Source: an uncultured Planctomycetia bacterium (lineage in GTDB: Bacteria; Omnitrophota; Gorgyraeia; Tantalellales; Tantalellaceae). From it: a stretch of 64,000 nt of DNA. Location: NCBI GenBank assembly GCA_964572255.1, contig CAZNEE010000002.1:121129-185128 (forward strand), read 5' to 3'. The translations under genes and the position numbers were made by a program. Shown one piece after another: positions 19,096 through 27,946 of this stretch (position 1 is its first letter; each line of letters opens with the position of its first letter). The notes beneath the pieces are model-generated. The model was given only the letters and a program-made list of their open reading frames with translations. It was not told where the DNA came from and searched no databases.

Positions 19096-20264
19096 CATAT
19101 CCCGGCAATGCTGCCTGAACAAAAACCGCATTTGCCATCTTTAGAAACATGATTTTCCAGGACCTGGTATCCCATTCTTCTTATAACAACTTTTTTACAC
19201 TTCGGACAGATCGTATCTTCATACCCCATCCCGGGAACATTGCCGATATAAACATAATGAAGCCCCTCTTCAAGGGCGATGTCCCTCGCCTTCTTCAGCG
19301 TCTCAACAGGGGTGGGATAAAGAGATCTTAATTTGTATTGCGGCCAGAAGCGCGAAAAATGCAAGGGGACATCAGAGCCGACATTGGATCTTATCCATTT
19401 GACCATCTGCCTGATCTTGCTCATATCATCATTAAGAGTCGGAACTATTAAATTTGTCAGCTCGATCCACATACCGCCTTGTTTCATGGTGAGTATACTG
19501 TCTAAAATATTATTAAGACTCTGGGCGCATACTTCCCGCAAATATTTATCGTCGAAGCCTTTAAAGTCGATATTCGCAGACTCCACATATTTAGCAGCAA
19601 GTTTCGCGGGTTCTTTATTTATTTTTCCGCCTGTTACCATTACATTATATATACCTTTTGTTTTTGCGAGTTTCGCCCCCTCGATCATATACTCATAAAA
19701 GATAACAGGCTCAGTATAAGTATAAGCAATGGACCTGCATCCGTTCATTGCTGCGCTATCGACAAGATTTTTCACGCTTAAACGATTATTGATAGTCTCT
19801 TCAGGCGAGCGCTGCGATATTGTCCAGTTCTGGCAATATTTGCAGCGGGAATTACAGCCGGCAGTAGCTATGGAAAAAGACTTGCTGGCCGGGAGCACAT
19901 GATACATGGGCTTTTTCTCGATAGGATCAATATGCGCTGAGCAAACAAGTTCATATACAAGAGAGTATAACTTTCCGTCGACAGGTTCCCGAACGCGGCA
20001 AAACCCTCTCTGCCCGTTCGAAAGCGTACAATAATTGGGACACAGAACGCATCTTACCGCTTCATCCCCCATCTTTTCATAAAAAAGGGCTTCATGCATT
20101 CCGCGTTTTTCACCGATAGCGGATAAAGCCTGATATTTTGAAAGAGCGCCAAATGCGTAGAGCGATGCCCCTATACATACACCGGCTTTCGCGCATTTAG
20201 CCAAAAACTCGCGTCGGGTAACTTTCTTATGCCAGATGTTCTCAAGATGTTCAAATACTTTCAT
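19056..20264 (-). CDS. amrS: AmmeMemoRadiSam system radical SAM enzyme with twin-arginine (Tat) signal peptide
   Basis: CPNYCTLSNGQRGFCRVR and GCNSRCKYCQNW motifs typical of the AmrS family. N-terminus TRREFLAKCAKAGVCIGASLYAFGALS is a Tat-type signal. Confidence 0.8.
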   Translation of the reverse strand: MKVFEHLENIWHKKVTRREFLAKCAKAGVCIGASLYAFGALSKYQALSAIGEKRGMHEALFYEKMGDEAVRCVLCPNYCTLSNGQRGFCRVREPVDGKLYSLVYELVCSAHIDPIEKKPMYHVLPASKSFSIATAGCNSRCKYCQNWTISQRSPEETINNRLSVKNLVDSAAMNGCRSIAYTYTEPVIFYEYMIEGAKLAKTKGIYNVMVTGGKINKEPAKLAAKYVESANIDFKGFDDKYLREVCAQSLNNILDSILTMKQGGMWIELTNLIVPTLNDDMSKIRQMVKWIRSNVGSDVPLHFSRFWPQYKLRSLYPTPVETLKKARDIALEEGLHYVYIGNVPGMGYEDTICPKCKKVVIRRMGYQVLENHVSKDGKCGFCSGSIAGIWGTPHQGTPRKIE

Positions 20265-20292
20265 TCTGGCGCCTCCTGCACTTGTACTAGTA

Positions 20293-22023
20293 TTATATCC
20301 ACAAAATATAATTTAATAAAGTACCGACGACGATCGCAGTTATGATCATTAAGCACGCCGATTTAAACATATCCTTAGCGCCGAGTTCGCGCACCATCAC
20401 CATAAAAGTCGCCATGCACGGAAAATATATAGCAAGTATCGTACAGGCAATAACAAGCTGCTTTGTGGTAAGCTCAAGCGGCGCGAGCATCCCTACCGCT
20501 ACATCTTTTCTTAAAAAACCTACAAGCAAGGATGATATGGTCTCTTTAGGAAGCCCCCATAAACCGGTTAATATCGGAGAAAATGCCGCTGCTAAAAAAT
20601 CAAACACTTTAATAATATATAAAATATTAACCACAAGAACGCCCAATAGGACCATCGGCAAAGCTTCTTTTATGAACTCCGAGACCCTCATCCATAATTT
20701 TTTCAATACTGCCATAGGCTGAGGCAGTCTATACGGCGGTATCTCCCATAATATTTCAGGGCTTTTACCCTTGATGAAAAAATTCATTAAAAGCCCTTTC
20801 AAGATAAGGATACAAAAAAGGATCCCGAACACAAGCGCGACATACTGGCCTCCCCTCTGGCCGACAAGACCGGTGATCATGGCGATCTGAGCCATACAAG
20901 GAACAGCGATGGCCATTAAGGTAGCGGCGATAAACTTCTCTCTTCTTCCTTCTAATAGTCTCAATGCCATTGCCCCGGGAACATTACATCCGAGGCCGAG
21001 GATCATCGGGATTATCGCATAACCGTGAAGCCCCAAGCGGTGCATAAGATTATCAACTTGAGTCGCAAGCCGCGGAAGGTAGCCAAAATCTTCAAGCAAT
21101 CCCAAGGCAAAATAAAAGCTCAAAATATAAGGGAAAACTGCCGCGATCGGCACGTATAGACCTGTTGTCAATACACCGAACGACTGTCCGAAATCTATCC
21201 CTCCGTTAATAAGTTTTCCTATCAAAATATCATGGATCACGCCTCCGCTTCCCAGCAAGGAACTTAATTTTATCATTAAAGGAGACCATATATTTTCGAA
21301 AAACGGATCAAATATGTATCCTATCAGGCTTTCGCCTATAAACCTTATGACTAAAAAAGAAATAAATATTACTACAATAGCCAGAGGAAGACCGGTCGTG
21401 GGCCTTGTGCTGATATCCTCAAAACGTTCGAGCAGCGTATGATGGTGATGGTGAAGTGTCTGTGATGATTCAACGATCCTTCCCATCTCCTCCCACTTCT
21501 CGTCTTTTGACAGAACCGGAAAGGTCTTCGCCTCAGCAAGCTTTAATCTTTCGACTAACTCTTTGATGCCTTCACCTGTTAACCCGCATGTAGGGACAAC
21601 CGGAACTCCCAATTCCCTCTCCATTTTATTAACATCTATCTCTATGCCTTTATGATGGGTTTCATCCCACATATTCAAAGCAACAATAACCGGAATGTTT
21701 CTTTCTCTCAATTCTAAAGTCAGAAAAAGATTCCTCTCTAAATTGGTCGCGTCAACTATATTTATGACCATATCCCCTTCTTGGAGCATTTCGATAGCGA
21801 CCTGATCGGCCCTTGAAACAGGCTCAAGATTATATACACCCGGTACATCCACCACAAGGGCCATCTCTTTTTCTCTTAGCTTAAGATATCCTTGAGAAAA
21901 ACCGACTGTTGTGCCGGGATAATTTGATACCGTCACTCTCGCGCCGGTAAGCCTTGAGAAAATAGCGCTCTTCCCCACATTAGGGTTGCCCATTAGCAAT
22001 ATTTTTTTTTCATCTCTATTCAT
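20293..22023 (-). CDS. feoB: ferrous iron transport protein B
   Basis: G-domain MGNPNVGKSAIFSRLTG and DVPGVY, followed by a polytopic membrane domain. Contains an HHHHH run. Confidence 0.9.
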   Translation of the reverse strand: MNRDEKKILLMGNPNVGKSAIFSRLTGARVTVSNYPGTTVGFSQGYLKLREKEMALVVDVPGVYNLEPVSRADQVAIEMLQEGDMVINIVDATNLERNLFLTLELRERNIPVIVALNMWDETHHKGIEIDVNKMERELGVPVVPTCGLTGEGIKELVERLKLAEAKTFPVLSKDEKWEEMGRIVESSQTLHHHHHTLLERFEDISTRPTTGLPLAIVVIFISFLVIRFIGESLIGYIFDPFFENIWSPLMIKLSSLLGSGGVIHDILIGKLINGGIDFGQSFGVLTTGLYVPIAAVFPYILSFYFALGLLEDFGYLPRLATQVDNLMHRLGLHGYAIIPMILGLGCNVPGAMALRLLEGRREKFIAATLMAIAVPCMAQIAMITGLVGQRGGQYVALVFGILFCILILKGLLMNFFIKGKSPEILWEIPPYRLPQPMAVLKKLWMRVSEFIKEALPMVLLGVLVVNILYIIKVFDFLAAAFSPILTGLWGLPKETISSLLVGFLRKDVAVGMLAPLELTTKQLVIACTILAIYFPCMATFMVMVRELGAKDMFKSACLMIITAIVVGTLLNYILWI

Positions 22024-22255
22024 TTACAACCTCTACCATTATCTTCTCGGCCATGCCGTGACCAATAGCTACTTTGGCCTTCCCCACCAGCACTGTCACA
22101 GGCCCATGCCAAAAATGCGAGCTTATTTTCGTGATCTCTTTGCCCGGACGTATGCCCAGCGCTTCGAGTCTCCTTGAAACTCCATGCCCTCCAAGGATCT
22201 CCCTAACTATTGCCTTTTGATCTGCTTTTATTTTTGTTAAATGCATCAAGCCCAT
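22016..22255 (-). CDS. feoA: ferrous iron transport protein A
   Basis: 79 aa SH3-like FeoA; gene overlaps the feoB start. Confidence 0.8.
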   Translation of the reverse strand: MGLMHLTKIKADQKAIVREILGGHGVSRRLEALGIRPGKEITKISSHFWHGPVTVLVGKAKVAIGHGMAEKIMVEVVNE

Positions 22256-22281
22256 TATCTTCCCTCATTTCAACATGTAAA

Positions 22282-22611
22282 TCACAACTTTTCCAAAACA
22301 TGTTCGAGCCCCTCTTTAAAGAGTACCTCGATATGTTCATCGTTCAAAGAATAATATGTGCGCCTGCCCGCTTTTCTGTATCTCACAAGATCCAGATCTT
22401 TAAGCGCACGCAGCTGATGTGAAATGGCTGAATGGTTCATCTCCAAAAGCCTGGCCAATTCTACAACACATAGCTCCGCTTTGAACAAGGCAAAAATTAT
22501 CCTCGCCCTTGTAGGATCGCCTAGTACGCTGAACGTACGGGATAATTTATCCATTACTTCTTGAGAATTCATGCTTTTTCGTATATCGTCTATAAGCTTT
22601 TTTCTGGTCAT
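22282..22611 (-). CDS. ArsR/SmtB family metal-responsive transcriptional repressor
   Basis: wHTH ELCVVELARLLEMNHSAISHQLRALKDLDLV. Start moved to the internal Met because GGAGG lies 5 nt upstream of ATG at 22611. Confidence 0.8.
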   Translation of the reverse strand: MTRKKLIDDIRKSMNSQEVMDKLSRTFSVLGDPTRARIIFALFKAELCVVELARLLEMNHSAISHQLRALKDLDLVRYRKAGRRTYYSLNDEHIEVLFKEGLEHVLEKL

Positions 22612-22636
22612 ACTGCCTCCATGTATATATAACAAT

Positions 22637-22656
22637 ATATGAACAACTGTTCATAT
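22637..22656. promoter_or_regulatory. ArsR/SmtB-type 9-2-9 inverted-repeat operator ATATGAACA-AC-TGTTCATAT
   Basis: Perfect palindrome immediately upstream of the arsR-feoA-feoB start. Resembles the TGAACA-N-TGTTCA cores of SmtB/CzrA operators. Confidence 0.5.
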
Positions 22657-22730
22657 ATTAACATATAAAACAGATTTTGTCAATACAATTTTCGGGAAAT
22701 CTACTTCTAATATAGGGTCTTATCGGCTGA

Positions 22731-23576
22731 CTATGCCTTCTGCCGCTTTAGTATTATATCCCCTACCCTGCAGCCCACATGTTCAGCAATAACAGGGCAT
22801 TTGGCTTTAAAAATGAAAAATATCGGTTTCTTCTCATCCGCAAGCGTCTCGAAGTTCCCCTGCCCTTTACTTATCACCAGATCCGCCTTATTGAAGTACT
22901 CTAAGAATTCTTCGGCACACTTCTCAGGTACTGTCCCCGGAATATCTGAGCCGCTTGATATGACCTTGGTGACTTTATCAAGTCCGACCTGCACCGCATC
23001 TTCCATGGTCACATCATTTATTATCGGCTTTTCTCTGACCACACATATCACGTTACTCTTAAGTTCCTCTACTAAAATTTTGTCAAAAACTATTTCGCCA
23101 GCATTGTCCAGGATATATAGGATCTTCTCAGCCTCATTAACTTCATTTTCAAAATCCTGAAAATCAAATACCGCGAAATCCTTTTGAAGACACTCGTCTA
23201 TCTCTTTTTCTATATCAAAAGAATACGGCACACCATAATCGATAACATTCCCGGCGACTGCCAGCCTTACAGCGTTAAGAAGTATATTCTCCGACCCTTC
23301 GATCCTTTTCTTTAGATGCGGGTACAGCTCCATCGCCATAAAGTTGCTTTTCTCCTTTATCTTTCTATAAGCATCCACCCCGCCGGTATATTTGTCGACT
23401 ATTCCATAAACCGTCTTGGCTATTTCAGGAGGAGAAACGTCAAGCTTGAAATCCGGAAGGATCTTTGCAACTTCATCCAGAATTATTTTCTGAGTTTTTT
23501 TATCCGCTCCGGCAAGTTTTGCCGCATCAAGTGATTGGCGGAGGAAACACGGTATGCATTCAAGGTATGTTTTCAT
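22731..23576 (-). CDS. DUF89 / ARMT1-like damage-control phosphatase family protein
   Basis: N-terminal CIPCFLRQ signature of the DUF89 family; length 281 aa. Confidence 0.65.
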   Translation of the reverse strand: MKTYLECIPCFLRQSLDAAKLAGADKKTQKIILDEVAKILPDFKLDVSPPEIAKTVYGIVDKYTGGVDAYRKIKEKSNFMAMELYPHLKKRIEGSENILLNAVRLAVAGNVIDYGVPYSFDIEKEIDECLQKDFAVFDFQDFENEVNEAEKILYILDNAGEIVFDKILVEELKSNVICVVREKPIINDVTMEDAVQVGLDKVTKVISSGSDIPGTVPEKCAEEFLEYFNKADLVISKGQGNFETLADEKKPIFFIFKAKCPVIAEHVGCRVGDIILKRQKA

Positions 23577-24463
23577 TTTTTGAGTTTACTTTTATATAAA
23601 GAAGCGTCAGGAAAAAGCTTATTCAAACGTTTGTAAAACAAAAAGCTCTTTTCTTTTTCCCCGAGCATTTCATGGCTATGAGCAAGATATGAAAGGACAT
23701 ATCTTTCCTGGAACTTGTCATGAGGCCCTTGCTTCATAAGTTCATACGCTCTGGTTAAATAACGGATCGACGCCTGATAATCTTTTTTATACTGAAAATA
23801 AAATCTTCCCAGCTCGGCATTTATCTGCCACGAATCCGGATTTTTGCTGAGTCCTTCCTTGAGGAATGCAACTCCTTCTTCAGTCTTTCCGAACACGTCG
23901 GTAACATAATAAAATGCCAAAGTATAAGCCAGCTCATTGTGCGGGTCCACCTTTGCGGCGTAATACAGCCATGGAATTATCTCCTTGATCTCCTCTCCCT
24001 TAAGGTGCACATGCTCGCTTACCTTCAGCTGTTCGTCCAGTTTTAAAAGTATATTAAATTTGCCTGCCGCCGGCTCTTCTTTCTTTTCATGGAGGTCTTC
24101 TCCCTTATAGACTACCTCTCTGTCGAGAACCGCCATTCCTTCTTTGTGTTCTTCGTCAAAATGCCCAACTCCGCCATGCAGGTACAGATCGGCCTGAAGT
24201 ATGGAAAGATTTGAAAGAATGGATGAACTTTCACCGGCTATGCGCAAGATTAGCGGCATATCGCCGGTTGAATGTTTCATCGAAAACGCGTGGTTATAGG
24301 TATCGATACCGGGAGCGATAAAAAAGGAGGCGACCAGCCACAATATGATAAAAACAACGGCTGTATTTCTCAAAGCTGTTTCCTCTGGAACATCTTTCCG
24401 GAAATATAAAGAAGGAACAAACAATAGCAAACTGTATATGTGACAACAGCCGCTATCACCCAT
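23573..24463 (-). CDS. TPR-repeat membrane protein (start uncertain)
   Basis: N-terminal hydrophobic helix followed by TPR-like AYTLAFYYV...AELGRFYFQYKKDYQASIRYLTRAYEL. Overlaps the upstream gene end by 94 nt if the annotated start is used. Confidence 0.45.
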   Translation of the reverse strand: MGDSGCCHIYSLLLFVPSLYFRKDVPEETALRNTAVVFIILWLVASFFIAPGIDTYNHAFSMKHSTGDMPLILRIAGESSSILSNLSILQADLYLHGGVGHFDEEHKEGMAVLDREVVYKGEDLHEKKEEPAAGKFNILLKLDEQLKVSEHVHLKGEEIKEIIPWLYYAAKVDPHNELAYTLAFYYVTDVFGKTEEGVAFLKEGLSKNPDSWQINAELGRFYFQYKKDYQASIRYLTRAYELMKQGPHDKFQERYVLSYLAHSHEMLGEKEKSFLFYKRLNKLFPDASLYKSKLKK

Positions 24464-25140
24464 ATAGCAAGAGGGTCCCAGGAATGAGCCAAGCGTATCC
24501 TGAGATCATAAAAATCAAGGTGCGGCAATATATAATAAATGAATCCCAATGAAACAGATAAGGGTTTCTCCGAATACAGAATAGCCTGCCTGAATTGATC
24601 GGAGAAACTTATCATCACAAAATACAGAATGATCGATATGCTCACATTTGCCGATACCGTAAGGAAATTGGAGAAAAATACCGCAAGAGCGCAGACCATG
24701 CAGAGAAAGAGAATACCGAAAATAAATCCCTGGATCAAGAGGACCACAGAGATGCTTTCTCCCCCCGAAAGGTAAAAAGCGGCAAAAAGCCCGTAATACA
24801 AGAGGAAGGACGCCGTTGAAACTATAATCCCTCCCAAAAACTTGCCTGCAACCAGGTTAAACCGGCTTACCGGTTTGGCCAAAAGAGGATAAATGGTCTT
24901 TCTTTCTATTTCTTCCGGTATCTGTTTGGCGGAGAACGTTACAGCAATAATAAAAGAAAAAAGCATGACAAGAGTATAGCCAAAGTCCCTTACATACCTC
25001 GTTATACCTTCAATATCAAAAAAGTTCTGGATCGAAAGAAACCCGAGCATGACCAGCATGAAAATAAAAAGAACGTAAAAATCCTTCTTCCTTATGAGTT
25101 CATTTATTGAAACTTTTGCTATCGCCCAAATTGTGCGCAT
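24370..25140 (-). CDS. ABC-2 type transporter permease
   Basis: 256 aa with about six hydrophobic helices; lies immediately downstream of the ABC ATPase gene. Confidence 0.6.
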   Translation of the reverse strand: MRTIWAIAKVSINELIRKKDFYVLFIFMLVMLGFLSIQNFFDIEGITRYVRDFGYTLVMLFSFIIAVTFSAKQIPEEIERKTIYPLLAKPVSRFNLVAGKFLGGIIVSTASFLLYYGLFAAFYLSGGESISVVLLIQGFIFGILFLCMVCALAVFFSNFLTVSANVSISIILYFVMISFSDQFRQAILYSEKPLSVSLGFIYYILPHLDFYDLRIRLAHSWDPLAIWVIAAVVTYTVCYCLFLLYISGKMFQRKQL

Positions 25141-25146
25141 GCCCCT

Positions 25147-25881
25147 CTATTCTCCGATTATCTGTAAGAAATATTTCTCAAGTGTTTGCTTCTCTTCCTT
25201 GCCTTTTAAAAGGTCCTCAACCGGCCCTGAAATAACAAGTTCGCCTTTATTCAAGATGCCCACCCTGTCGCTCACAAGCTCGACTTCCGAAAGCTCATGT
25301 GATGAAAAGAAAACCGTTTTTTCTCTTTCTCTCTGGACATTTATCACTTCTCTCATATTTTTTCTTGCGACCGGATCAAGCCCTCCCGTCGGTTCATCCA
25401 GGATCAATAGGTCCGGATCGTTTATAAGGGCCTGGGCGAAACTCACCTTCTGCATCATTCCTTTCGAAAAAGTCCCCATTGCCCTCCCGGCAGCTTTCTC
25501 GAGATCAACAAGCCTGATAAGTTCATCTATTCTTTTTGTTAATAAACTTTTTTCGATACCAAAGATCGCCCCATACATACGCAAAAGTTCGACGGGAGTG
25601 AGATATTTATAATAATCCGCGGTTTCCGGCATGTATCCAATGGACAACCTCGTCTGGCTTTTGTGCGGATCGCCGCCAAAGACCTTTACTTCGCCTTTCT
25701 TCGGCGTAAGAATCCCGAGTATGAGTTTGATAGTAGTGGTCTTGCCGGCACCGTTCGGGCCTAAAAACCCGAAGATCTCGCCCTTTCTTACGGTGAGATA
25801 TATCCCCTTGAGAGCTTCGATCGAAGCCTTCCCTGAAACATACGAATAATGGAGATTATTGATCGATATGATCTGATCCAT
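25147..25881 (-). CDS. ABC transporter ATP-binding protein
   Basis: Walker A GPNGAGKTT, signature FSKGMMQKVSFAQAL, Walker B LLILDEPTGGLD. Confidence 0.85.
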   Translation of the reverse strand: MDQIISINNLHYSYVSGKASIEALKGIYLTVRKGEIFGFLGPNGAGKTTTIKLILGILTPKKGEVKVFGGDPHKSQTRLSIGYMPETADYYKYLTPVELLRMYGAIFGIEKSLLTKRIDELIRLVDLEKAAGRAMGTFSKGMMQKVSFAQALINDPDLLILDEPTGGLDPVARKNMREVINVQREREKTVFFSSHELSEVELVSDRVGILNKGELVISGPVEDLLKGKEEKQTLEKYFLQIIGE

Positions 25882-25904
25882 AGAAAAAAATATATCATGC
25901 TCAT

Positions 25905-26260
25905 CAAAGCAGATCTATAAGCCGGGTTCTGTAGGCGGAATTCACCGCCCGGCGATCATCCATCTGGGGCTTTCATTACTGAAAACCTCGTGCGGCCTAC
26001 CCGGAAGTTGTGACGAAGCTAGCCGCTTCGTTATCAGTCAATCCGCATGATTTTTCGGATTTTCCTGATTCCTCCCCTATTTGGCCTTGCTCCGCGTAGA
26101 GATTGCCGCGTTTCACTTCCGCATGCAAAAGCACGCTTACTCGTCTCTGTGGCTCTGATCCTCACCTTTTGGTGGACGGGCATTACCCGCTACGCTGCTA
26201 TATGGAGCCCGGACTTTCCTCCCCCTGCAAAAAGCAAAGAGCGATCACCCGATCTGCTTC
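25905..26260 (-). ncRNA. rnpB: RNase P RNA, bacterial type A
   Basis: The minus strand carries GGGGAGGAAAGUCCGGGCUCC (P4 5' strand), CGGAGCAAGGCCAAAUAGGGG and ACAGAACCCGGCUUAU (P4 3' strand). The P1 strands GAAGCAGAUC / GAUCUGCUU pair at the two ends. Confidence 0.85.
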
Positions 26261-26273
26261 AATGAGCGATTAT

Positions 26274-26702
26274 CTATAAAAGCGATCTCAAATTGATCGC
26301 TTTATTAACAAGAGCATCCGCGTCTTTATTCTCTTCACGCGGTATCTGGCATATGTCCACTTTATCAAATCCGCGGAACAGGTTCAAGGCGATATCAAAA
26401 AATTTCCTCATCTTCTCGTCTTTGACCCGATATTCGCCCTTTAACTGCCTCGCGACCAGTTCACTATCAAGGTTAAGCGTAACCTTTTTTGCCCCCTTAT
26501 ACATCGCCTCCTGCAAACCGTAGATAACGGCAAGATACTCGGCTACATTATTAGTGGCATTGCCTATATACTTTGATATCTCCTCTATCTTCTTTCCGTT
26601 CTTATCTAAAAGAACAACCCCGATCCCCGCAGGTCCCGGATTGTTTCTTGCTCCTCCGTCGGCAAAGATCGAAATGGAATCTATTTTTTTACTCTTCGGC
26701 AT
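26274..26702 (-). CDS. rnhA: ribonuclease HI
   Basis: IFADGGARNNPGPAGIGVVL...NNVAEYLAVIYGLQEA...ENKDADALVNKA. Confidence 0.85.
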   Translation of the reverse strand: MPKSKKIDSISIFADGGARNNPGPAGIGVVLLDKNGKKIEEISKYIGNATNNVAEYLAVIYGLQEAMYKGAKKVTLNLDSELVARQLKGEYRVKDEKMRKFFDIALNLFRGFDKVDICQIPREENKDADALVNKAINLRSLL

Positions 26703-27417
26703 ACAGTATCCTTGAACAGGTTTCGCAAAAAGTGATTTTTTTCTTCATTTTAGCTTCATTGATCACCTGCGGACGCAGTGTCATATTACATTCACCGCAC
26801 AAGGATCCATTAATCTTGGCAATAGCGATCTTCCCGCGATTTTCACGTATGCGTTCATATGTCGCCAAAATCTCTTTATCTACTCCCTGCAAGAACCCTT
26901 CCCGTTTGCCCGTGAGTTCACTAAGCCTTGCATCGACTTCTTTTTCTTCAGCTTTTATTATTTCTTTTTCTTTATCGGTTTTTGCCTTTTCTTCATCAAA
27001 GATCTTCTTCTCTTCTTCTATTTTCGCCTGTGCCTCATCGATCCTGTCAAGAATAGCTATCACCCCATCCTCTATCACGGAAATATCCGCTTTGATATTA
27101 TTGATCTCATCAAGAAGCGCCTTGTATTCCTTGTTTGTTTTTATCTGATTAAGATCGGCCTCATGCTTGGCGATCTGCTCTTCTTTTCCCTTTATCTGAT
27201 TCTCTTTATCGTTCTTCTCTACCTGTATTTTCTTAAGTTCTTCTTCGGCAGCCTTGATGCCCGATGTTTTGGTCTCCAAAGAACTGTCGATCTCGCTTAT
27301 TCTCGCAGGAAAATACTCTTTTTTCTCCTCAAGATCATAGATCTCAGCGTCAACTTCCTGAAGCCGTATCAATTTCTCGATCTGTTCTTTTACATTTGCA
27401 TTACTTTCATCCGCCAT
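26689..27417 (-). CDS. zinc-ribbon/coiled-coil protein (COG1579 family)
   Basis: Long coiled-coil N-terminal region and a C-terminal CGECNMTL...CETCSRILY zinc ribbon. Confidence 0.65.
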   Translation of the reverse strand: MADESNANVKEQIEKLIRLQEVDAEIYDLEEKKEYFPARISEIDSSLETKTSGIKAAEEELKKIQVEKNDKENQIKGKEEQIAKHEADLNQIKTNKEYKALLDEINNIKADISVIEDGVIAILDRIDEAQAKIEEEKKIFDEEKAKTDKEKEIIKAEEKEVDARLSELTGKREGFLQGVDKEILATYERIRENRGKIAIAKINGSLCGECNMTLRPQVINEAKMKKKITFCETCSRILYAEE

Positions 27418-27465
27418 GATATTCTCTTTCTATTTTTATCGGCCGAAATTCCTTCTCTTTCCAAA

Positions 27466-27542
27466 TGGTGGGCGCAGGGGGACTCGAACCTCCGACCTCA
27501 TGCATGTGAGGCATGCGCTCTAACCAGCTGAGCTATGCGCCC
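27466..27542 (-). tRNA. tRNA-Val (anticodon CAC)
   Basis: Cloverleaf GGGCGCA-TAGCTCAGCTGGTTAGAGC-G-CATGC-CUCACAU-GCATG-...-TTCGAGT-...-TGCGCCC-A-CCA; 77 nt with CCA encoded. Confidence 0.8.
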
Positions 27543-27584
27543 AGTTCCAACTAAGGGCAGGAAAGTTGTTTACCGCATTTTTCA

Positions 27585-27661
27585 TGGTGGGGGCACATGG
27601 ACTCGAACCATGAACCTACTGATTATGAGTCAGTTGCTCTAACCACTTGAGCTATGCCCCC
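27585..27661 (-). tRNA. tRNA-Met (anticodon CAT; elongator type, tRNA-Ile2 not excluded)
   Basis: GGGGGCA acceptor, anticodon loop CUCAUAA. The anticodon stem ACTGA/TCAGT lacks the three G-C pairs of initiator tRNA. Confidence 0.75.
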
Positions 27662-27667
27662 ACCTGT

Positions 27668-27698
27668 TATTTGAATGCGTATTATAGCACAGCAATTT
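27668..27698 (-). promoter_or_regulatory. sigma-70-like promoter for the tRNA pair (TTGCAA-18-TATAAT on the minus strand)
   Basis: Read on the minus strand just upstream of the tRNA-Met 5' end. Confidence 0.4.
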
Positions 27699-27787
27699 TT
27701 ATATTTGCAAGTAATAAAAAATAAGAAAAAATTTGACTTCTTTAGAAAATATGGTCCATTTTAAGAGAATATAAAGTTGTTCTTTCT

Positions 27788-27946
27788 AGCAGATTTTAAT
27801 CGTAAACTGTTCGCAAGAGCAGGACACAAAGCCAAAGGGGCTAAACAATGCTTTCAGCCAGCCGGCTGCCGATTGACACATCGTTAAAGTGTTGGCATAA
27901 GTATTGATCAGACCCAACCTTTCGATGGTTGGGTTTTTTGTTTTTT
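27788..27946 (+). promoter_or_regulatory. c-di-GMP-I (GEMM) riboswitch-like leader with intrinsic terminator, upstream of the first PEP-CTERM gene
   Basis: AAACUGUUC-GCAA-GAGCAGGACACAAAGCC...GGGGCUAAACAAUGC closely matches the Vibrio Vc2 aptamer (AAACCAUUC-GAAA-GAGUGGGACGCAAAGCC...GGCCUAAACCAUUGC). Followed by hairpin CCCAACC-UUUCGAU-GGUUGGG plus a U-tract. Confidence 0.7.

Noticed and set aside
22612-22635. Upstream Met start of the ArsR-family gene as given in the ORF track
   Set aside because: GGAGG sits 5 nt upstream of the internal ATG at 22611, and the upstream extension would place the operator palindrome inside the coding sequence.
26047-26265. 72-aa + strand ORF
   Set aside because: Falls entirely within the RNase P RNA gene.
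27585-27661. tRNA-CAT considered as initiator tRNA-fMet
   Set aside because: It lacks the three consecutive G-C pairs in the anticodon stem and the 1:72 mismatch. Called elongator Met, possibly Ile2.
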